Origin: Candidatus Eiseniibacteriota bacterium
GTDB lineage: Bacteria > Eisenbacteria > RBG-16-71-46 > JABDJR01
NCBI GenBank assembly: GCA_963762255.1
Contig: CAVXKA010000001.1
Span: 1,312,001-1,376,000 of the forward strand
Direction of reading: 5' to 3'
DNA: 64,000 nucleotides
The notes under the pieces were generated by a model that saw only the letters and a program-made list of their open reading frames with translations, made no database searches and had not been told where the DNA came from. The position numbers were made by a program, and so were the translations under genes. Positions 56,502 through 64,000 of the stretch are shown here, piece by piece; position 1 is the first letter of the stretch, and the number at the start of each line of letters is the position of its first letter.

Positions 56502-57086
56502 GGCTGTTTCTCCTTGCTCGGACAAACTCGTAGCGGGGTGAAGCCGCTCTCACCCACGATCCGCTGGACACGCTTCATGGCATGGTGGACACGAGAGCGT
56601 AGAGTCCCTTCGGGCTCTCCGCAGATGGCCGACATCTCGCGATAGGAACGATCTTCGTGAATCCTGAGAAAAAACGCCTGCGCATAGGCCGGCGGCAGGT
56701 CCGATAGCGCCGACTCCACGACCTCGAGGAGATCCTTGTGATCTACGGCATGTCTCGGGCTCTTCCGCCGGCCGCCGCGTGGCATCCAGCACGGCCGACG
56801 ACAGTTCGTCATGCCGCCGCTGCGCGCGCCGACGGTCATATGCGATTCGGGTGGCGACGGTGAAGAGCCACGAGCGGAATCGCCCGCGTCCGGTGTACTG
56901 GCCACGTCCCTGCAAGATCCGCAGGTAGGTCTCGTGCAGGACGTCCTCCGCCTCCGCGCGCTCCCGGAGCATCCGCTCGAGATACGAGAGGAGGGCCGGA
57001 GCGTGACGGCGATACAGTTCGGCCAGCGCTCGGGGATCGCCCCCGCGGCTGCGTATCACCAGGAGATCGTCGTCCGTCTCGTCCAC
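56498..57086 (-). CDS. ECF RNA polymerase sigma factor (frameshift ~56750)
   Basis: [28 protein letters not shown] (region 2); LPP...[23 protein letters not shown] (region 4). Confidence 0.88.
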
Positions 57087-57104
57087 GCTGATCGTTTGCG
57101 GCCG

Positions 57105-58411
57105 CTACTGCCAGCGATCCGCATCCTTGGATTCGGGGTCCAGTTCCTTCCAATACTTGGCCACTGCCTTCACCTTCTCGGTCTGGCCGTGGAAGTTGAG
57201 AATGTGGATGGCCGTACCGAGAGCGTAGCGCACTCCCGCCATGTCTCCCTGTTTCGCGAGCGGTCCCGCAGCCGATTGCAGCACCGCGGGGTAGTTCCTC
57301 ATGAGCATGCCCACCGCGGAGGTCGGCCCCCAGGGGACGCCGAGATCGGTCGCGCTGTCGAGGCGAAAGTCGTCCCGGAAGAGTCGGATCGTCTTGGCGG
57401 CGTCGATGGCGTGGGAATCCGCATCGTCCTGCGCGCCCGCGTCCTTCCCGCCCGACTTCACCCGCCAGAGGAGGCCCTCGATCTCGAGACCGCCCTCGCA
57501 GCACTTCAGATAGTTCTCGGACACGGTGATCGCCAGGTACACCGGCCCCTTCCAGGTTCCGGCACGCACCCTGTCGACCAGATCCTGAAGGAGAACCTGC
57601 GAAAATCCTGCGGTCCTTGCCGAGCTTCCCGCCCGCCCACTGGGTGCTCCGCTCGCGCACGGCCGTCTCGCTGAAGGGCGGCGAACCGAAGGCCGCTCCC
57701 TTCCACACGTTCACCGCGTACTCCTCGACGTTCAGAAGCGACAGGTTCACGACGAGGACGTCGGTGCGCACCCCGCGAACGGCCTGGAGCGCAAGCAGGG
57801 GATAGGTGTCGTTGTCGCCGTTGGTGAGAAGAATGGCGTTCGGCTCGGCGCTCATGAGGAGGTTGTACCCGAAATCCAGTACGGGCGCCGAGAGGCCTCC
57901 CTTATCGAGGAGCGCCTCGCAGGTGTTCGCGAACCTCGTCCCGCTTGCCATCGATCATGGCGAAGGAGCAGAGGATGAAGTGGGGCTCCGGCCAGTTTGG
58001 CGCCAACTCCACGGCGCGCTGACCGAACCGGCGTCCCTCGTCGCGCGCCTGCGTGAAGGCGTGCTTCCAACCCGCCATCGCCTCCAGCGCCTCGGGGCAG
58101 TCGGGGTTCACTTCGATCGCTTTGCCGATCAGCGCTTCGCGCTCCTCCTGCGTTCCGGCGCCCGCGTAGCGCATGGCCCGGTACTGCTCGACATATCCCA
58201 CCGCCTCCTGCGGGTGGTCCTTGACGTAGGCTCGCCACTGTTCGACGAGCGCCTCGTAGGATTCCTTGGGGAGAATCGTCTCGCGCAGGGAACGGACCTC
58301 GGGGGGCATGCCCGGCCGGATCGAAGGGGCGCCGGCGAATGCGGTGCCCGCGAGGGACAGAACGGCCAGGGACGCGATGGCGCTGCGGAAGGACGCCGGT
58401 TTCGATTTCAT
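57105..58411 (-). CDS. Secreted TPR-like protein with NGDNDTYPL motif (DUF2723/TMEM260 C-terminal-like; frameshifts ~57935 and ~57600-57570)
   Basis: Signal peptide; TPR-like KAIEVNPD and AVELAPNW; [40 protein letters not shown]; [14 protein letters not shown]. Confidence 0.7.
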
Positions 58412-58440
58412 GTCTGGCTCCGGGTTGAAGGGTCAAGATC

Positions 58441-58480
58441 GGGGGCTCCCGTAGAACGCGGGAGCCCCCTGATTCGTTGA
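58441..58480 (-). promoter_or_regulatory. Hairpin overlapping a candidate ECF promoter (TCAAC-N17-CGTTC)
   Basis: 11-bp stem GGGGGCTCCCG/CGGGAGCCCCC (58441-58469). On the minus strand AAC lies at 58478-58476 and CGTT at 58458-58455, in the loop. Confidence 0.5.
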
Positions 58481-58521
58481 GCCGGACTGGAAGACCCTTG
58501 CACGCCCGGAGACCGGGGCCG

Positions 58522-60060
58522 CTAGGGAAGCGGCTGCATCGTCATCGGATCGCGCAGAGGGATCCTCTTCGGCTCGCCGCCCGCGAGCTGCGTGCAGGGT
58601 CACGTCGTGCTTGCCGTCGGGCTGCACCATCTCGGCGGCGCTCCCCACCATGAGGAACGTCATCTTCTCAGGATCCAGCAGCCGGCGCGCCACCCGCTGC
58701 ACGTCCTCCACGGTGACCGCGCTCAGCCGGCTCGTGTACTCGGCGAAGTAGTTGGGATCCTTCCGGTAGCGCCCCGTCAACTCCTCCGCCGCCAGCGCGC
58801 CGGAGATCGCCGCCGCATTCGGGAATCGGGCGGGGAAGCCCTCGATGAACGAGTTCTTGGCCGTGGCGAGATCTTCGTCGGAGATCGACTCGTCGCGGAT
58901 GCGGTTGATCTCCTCGAGCGCGATCTGGGTCGCGTAGGCGGTCGAACGGGCCTTGGTCTGGAAGACCAGCCGCCACGGGTCCGGGATAGTAGAACCCGCC
59001 CTCGAGGCGCGAGTTGACCGAGTAGGCCAGCCCTTCGTCGGAGCGGATGCGATTGACCAGACGCGAGGTGAAGCCGCCGCCGCCGAGGACGTAGTTCATG
59101 ACCATGGCCGCGGGAAAGTCGGGATCGTAGCGATCGACGGCGACGAGCCCGATGGAGACTCGCGTCTGGTTCACGTCCTTGTCGGCGATGAACCAGCCCG
59201 CCTTCGAGGGCTCGGCGGGCGCTGCCGGAGCTCCGGGGTTCTCGCCGGGCGTGGGCCAGCCGGCGAAGGCCTTCTCGAGCTTCTTCACCATGGCCTTCTT
59301 GTCGAAGTCGCCGGACACCGACAACACGAAGTTCTTCGGTCCCATAGTGCGCCGTTGGAAAGAGACCATGTCCTCGCGCGTGATGGAGTTCATGGAGGCC
59401 TCGGTCGGATACCGGTTCGACCAGTGATCCTCACCGCGCATGAGGTAGCCCCACTCGTAGCTCTCGATGCCGGCGCTCTCGTCGTTGCGCCGCTTCATGT
59501 CCTGGAGTTCCTGCTCCCGGCGCAGATCGAGCCGGTCCGCCTGGAACGCGCACCCCTTGAGGCAATCGGTCAGGAGCCCGAGCCCCTCGTCGATGTCCTT
59601 GGCCAGAAGGTTCAGCGTGACATAGGACTCGGTGCCGGAGACCGGCACTCCGCCCATCCCGAACATGCCGCGGCCGCTCCCCATGCCGGATTGGAGCTGG
59701 GCGCCGAGAAACGACAGCCGCTCTTCGAGCTGCTCCGCGGTCATGAGCTGAGTGCCGCTGCGGGTGAGCAGGTGACAGGGTCGTGCTCGCCAGCCCCTCT
59801 TTGCCCGCGGGATCGAGATCGGGGCCGACGCGCATGATCACGCTGACCGTGACCAGCGGCAGCGTGCGGTCCGGAACGAGATAGGCCGGAATGCCGTTTC
59901 CGAGCGTCGACTCGGTACTGAGCCGCGTCGGGTGGGGTGAACTGCAGCGGCGGAAACTGGATCTTCTCCGGACGGTCGGGGATATCGGAGGCCGCCGCCG
60001 GACGCGCGGTCGCCATCAACAGCGAGCAGCACGGCTCGCCAGGAGATGGATGCGGTTCAT
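58522..60060 (-). CDS. M16B peptidase, non-catalytic subunit (frameshifted)
   Basis: Signal peptide, RPEKIQFPPL, VLGGGGFTSRLVNRIRSDEGLAYSV, AVTVEDVQRVA; no HxxEH seen; stop TAG at 58522-58524. Confidence 0.82.
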
Positions 60061-60074
60061 CGTCGTTCCTCCGC

Positions 60075-61880
60075 TCACTTGCTGCTCTGCAGCTGGGTGA
60101 TGCGCGCCTGGGCCTTCGCGCGGATGTAGTCGAGAGCGGGCTTCATTTCCGGAGGCATCTGCCCCCCCATCTGCTCGATCCGCTCGAGGATCTTCTGCAC
60201 CTGGGCCGGATCGGTGGCTCGCGTCAATGCGGCTCACCGTCGCCTTGACCATCTGCTTGGCGTCGGCGGGAAGCGCGGCCAGCGCCGGGTCCTCGGGTTC
60301 GGTCCCTCCCTTGCGCGTCCACACCGCCACCGCGCGATTCTCCTTGCGGAAGTAGGTCTGAGCCACGCGCTGCACGTCGGCCGCGGTCACCGTCTGCACC
60401 GCCGCGTCGATGCGGTCGGCGTCCTTCCAGGAGCCCGTGCCCTCCGCCACCGCGTACCGGAAGAGAAGCTGCATGTTGGAGCTGATCTCGCGATAGCTCG
60501 AGGCGAGGTAGCGGTTCTTCACCTTCTGCAGCTCGTCGGCGGTCACCGGCTCCTTCTGGAGCTTCTCGATCTCGGCGTGGATCGCCGTCTCCACCTCTTC
60601 CGGGGTGTGGCCTTCCTTGCACTCGGCCGTCGATCTCGAACATGCCCCTCGTACTTGCGCGGGATCGTTGCGAGGCGCGGGCCTCGGTGGCGATTCCCCG
60701 ATCCAGGACCAGGCTCTTCTGCAGCCGGCCTGTGGGCCCGTTCAGGAGACCCTCGAGGACGTTCAGCGCCGGCACGTCCCGATGCACGTACGCAGCCGCG
60801 TGCCAGCGCACCCACACCGCCGGGTTGGTCTCGGCCTCCGCGTAGAAACGCTTCTCGGCGGTGGCGGGGATCTCGGAGGTGATCATCTCCGGCGCCGGCT
60901 TCGGCCCGCGCGGGATCGCGCCGAGGTACTTCTCGGCCATGGCCAACGTCTGCTTCGGGTCGAAGTCGCCGACCAGGATCGCGGTCAGGTTCTGCGGCGC
61001 GTAGTAGAGCGAGTAGTACTCGTCGGCCTGCGCCTTGGTGATGTTGGCGATGTCGCTCGGCCAGCCGATCACCGGCCACAGATAGGGGCTCGAGTCCCAG
61101 AACATGGCGTCGAAGGAGACCTCGAACGGTCCGGTCGGCGTGGACTCCACCGAGCGGCGCCGCTCCTCGTAGACCACGTCGCGCTCGGAGTAGAACTCGC
61201 GGAAGACGCGGTTCTGCAGCCGGTCGGATTCCATCCAGAACCAGAGCTCGAGCTTGTTGGCGGGCACGGTCTCGAAGTAGACCGTCATGTCCTCGCTGGT
61301 GAAGGCGTTGATGAAGGTGGCGCCGTTCTGCTGGAGGATGAGATCGAACTCGTTCTTGACCATGTTGGCGCGCTGGGCGGTCACCAGGGAATCGAACTGC
61401 GCCTCCAGCTGGAGGTAGCGCGGCGTCTTCGCCTCCGGCCGGGTCATGTCCTCGATGTCTCCCCGGCGCTGCGCCGCGCGCATCGCGCTCAGCTCGGCGC
61501 GCATCTCGTCCCGGATCGCGCTCCTGCTCCTCGATGAGCTGCACGTCCTTGGCGTAGTCGCGGGTGCCGATCACGTGGGTTCCCTTGAACATCATGTGCT
61601 CGAAGAGGTGCGAGATCCCGGTGATCCCGGGGCGCTCGTTGACGGAGCCGACGTGGGCCACCCAGGCGCCGCAGACCGTCGGGCTCAGGTGCTGGGGGAT
61701 GAGCACGAGTTTCATCCCGTTGGAGAGGACGTACTCTTCGATGGGCAGGCTGGGGCCCGCGGGGGCGGCCGTGCCCCCGCCTTTGGGGGCGGCGACCGCC
61801 GCCACGGAGAAGATGACGGTGAGCAGCACGGCGATGCCGGCAACCGAGACGAGGGAACGCACTGGGGAGGATCGACTCAT
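60075..61880 (-). CDS. M16B zinc peptidase, catalytic subunit (frameshifted)
   Basis: LSNGM, VGSVNE..GITGISHLFEHMMFKGT, NAFTSED, ERDVVYEERR, WPVIGW, YYAPQN; stop TGA at 60075-60077. Confidence 0.88.
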
Positions 61881-61974
61881 GGCGGGTCTCCTGAAGTTCG
61901 GGCAGGTGACGGGCGGCCTGGAGCGCGATGTCGCAACTTACGGTAAGGAAGGAACCACGTCGCGAGAGCGGGAG

Positions 61975-63835
61975 TCAAGAGCCTCGGAGTCGGTCCACGC
62001 CCGCGGTGGGAAAGCTCAACTCGGTCTGCGGGATCCGTCCGGACTCACGGTTAGGAGCGATCGTCTCGGAAAGCAGCCCGAGCACCTCGGCGCGCTTCAC
62101 CGATCCCACCAGGCGCTTCTCGTGCAGGCTGCTCACAACGGGGATGTTCCGCTGTTCGCTGGCCACCACCGCAGGCAGGGCCTCGATGAGCGTTTGATCC
62201 GGCGTGACACAGGGGGGCGAGGTCCGCATGAGGTCGTGGGCGATGACGGCCATCTCCTGATGTCCCCTCAAGTACTCCTTCATGTCCTGCAGCGCCACCA
62301 CGCCGACCAGCCGATGCTCGTCGTCGACGACCGGCAGATAGTTGTTGGCGCTGGCGAGGAACCGGTGAGCGATCTCGGTTAGCGGCGTCCTCTCCGAGAG
62401 AGGGGCGATCGGCGACCGCATCAGCTCACCTATGGTCTGCGCCGTGACGTCCTCGGGTCCCGCCGTATCCCGCTCGAAGGTCAGACCCCTGATACCGCAG
62501 GGGTTCGGTGTAGACGGACGCCGCGTGCAGCCGTCGGGAGAGGAGGACGGAGACCGCACACCCGAGCATGAGCGGCGGCATCAGCGAGTAATTGAGAGAG
62601 ATCTCGAAGATCATGATCATCGCCAGCAGCGGGGAGTGGGTGGTGGCGGCGAGCATGCTTCCCATACCGACCAGGGCGAAGGCCGCCGAGGGGACTCCCG
62701 TCGCCTGTCCCAACCGGTGCACGGTCAGCGCGAACGCGGTGCCCAACCCTGCCCCAAGAAAGAGGGTCGGAGTGAACACGCCGCCTACCGTTCCGGCTCC
62801 GACCGCGATCGATGTGGCCAACAGTTTGGCGGCGATCAAGCCGGTGACGAGCAGCAAGGGAATCTGATCGGGGGCGAATTGCTCCCGCAGGAGCCGGTTG
62901 GTGATGACGTATCCGTTGCCCCAAACGCCGGGATACTCGATGGCGATGACCCCGACCACCAACCCCGCGATCATGAGACGAACGTAGATGGGGGCCGGCA
63001 GGCGCCGGAAACTCTCCTCGCTCCACCGCAGGAGCTTCAGGAAGAACGCGCCGAACCACCCGGCCAGGAGTCCAAGCAGGATGAACCACGGCAATTGCTC
63101 CAGCCGCGTGATGTCGAAATCCGGTACCACGTACCACGGCGCGATGCCGAAGAAGCTGCGGGAGACGACCGAGGACATCACCGACGCGAAGACCAGGGGA
63201 GCGAAGGAGGGCATGGAGAAATTGCCGAGCACGATGGTCGCCGCGAAAACCGCCCCCGAAATCGGGGCGTTGTAGGCCGCGGCGATTCCCGCCGCCGCTC
63301 CGCAGCCGACCAGCAATCGGAGCCGGTAGGGCTGGTAGCCGAGAACCTGCCCACCCTTGGAGGCGAGCGTGGCCGAGAGCTGCACGATGCCGCCTTCCCG
63401 ACCGATGGACGCGCCGCTGCCGATGCTGACCAGCGAAGAGAGCGTCTTGACGAGCCCGCTTCGGAAGGGGAGCCGCCCGTCGCCCGCCACGACGACTTCG
63501 AGCAGGTTCGTCGACCCCTGAGGTCCCACCAGTCGCAATCCCCAATGCAGCACGAGGCCGGCGACCAAGCCGCCGACCGTCGGTATGAGGACCCGAAGCC
63601 AGGGGCTCAGGAACTCCGCGACTTCCACCGGATCGCCCCTGTAGTGGAGAAAGAGCGTCTTCGTGGATTCCATGGCATGGTAGTACGCGAGGTTCGCGAG
63701 GCCGCCGATGACCCCGACCACGCCGGCCAGCACCAGGTGGAACGCTTCCTCGGTCGGCTGGAACTTCCCGCGAAGGCGCATCGCGGGACGCCAGTGCCGT
63801 CGGAGAACCGACAGCGGCTTGGTGAAGCCCTTCAT
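61975..63835 (-). CDS. ClC-family (ClcB-like) chloride channel with C-terminal CBS pair (frameshift ~62490)
   Basis: GASIGREG, AYNAPI, GGVFTP, IFEIS, SVY; CBS motifs LPVVD and IPVV in the 61975..62559 frame. Confidence 0.9.
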
Positions 63836-64000
63836 TTCGGCTCGACCTCGAGTAGGAACTCGTCGGCGAAGATGAAGGAGAGATTGCCCGTTCCCTTGTG
63901 CCAGGGCGGACACATGCCAGGCGCTGTCGCGCGGATCCTCACGTAGCGGGCGGGACGCGCCTCCACGGAGACGCCGAATTCCTTGAGCACGACGCCCTCG
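63832..64000 (-). CDS. 3' end of a gene with a C-terminal discoidin/F5-8-like domain (as in GH92/GH20 enzymes), truncated by window
   Basis: Manual translation ...ARYVRIRATAPGMCPPWHKGTGNLSFIFADEFLLEVEPK*, with an ATGA overlap with the ClC start. Confidence 0.65.
   Translation of the reverse strand, partial: EGVVLKEFGVSVEARPARYVRIRATAPGMCPPWHKGTGNLSFIFADEFLLEVEPK

Overview
A 64-kb window of high-GC bacterial chromosome, gene-dense. I saw no rRNA, tRNA, CRISPR array or transposase/integrase. Secreted proteins ending in a [ST]WGxxK motif or a FlgD-Ig domain, DUF3857 pairs, an S46 peptidase and kinase-TPR proteins suggest an FCB-superphylum candidate lineage such as Eisenbacteria, Krumholzibacteriota or Latescibacterota (inference only). 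About 1-2.9 kb is the start of a Cus-type heavy-metal efflux operon. About 3-17 kb is an accessory region of secreted proteins and lipoproteins carrying a ~95-bp dispersed repeat. It is followed by an ABC ATPase plus permease-M1 aminopeptidase fusion, an MNT-HEPN pair, glgB and a large secreted metalloprotease. A housekeeping stretch follows (TrmH, S46 peptidase, DEAD helicase, CDF, MoaD + BNR, ettA, FNR, SPFH + RHH, acyl-CoA dehydrogenase, fbaB, satP, M29 aminopeptidase). The cbiMQO transporter is divergent from a MauG/CCP di-heme protein plus a Cyc2-like cytochrome-porin. The end holds a kinase-TPR gene, an ECF sigma operon, an M16 peptidase pair and a ClC-CBS channel. Many genes carry 1-nt frameshifts that look like long-read assembly errors. 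The most notable signals are (i) a shared C-terminal V-x3-[ST]WGR[ILV]KxxY tail on three secreted proteins of two unrelated domain types (candidate sorting signal), (ii) REP-like hairpin plus IHF-like repeats that bracket single genes, (iii) the Cyc2-like porin translationally coupled to a Tyr-type MauG/CCP, and (iv) a Cys/His-rich leader ORF ahead of the Cus operon.
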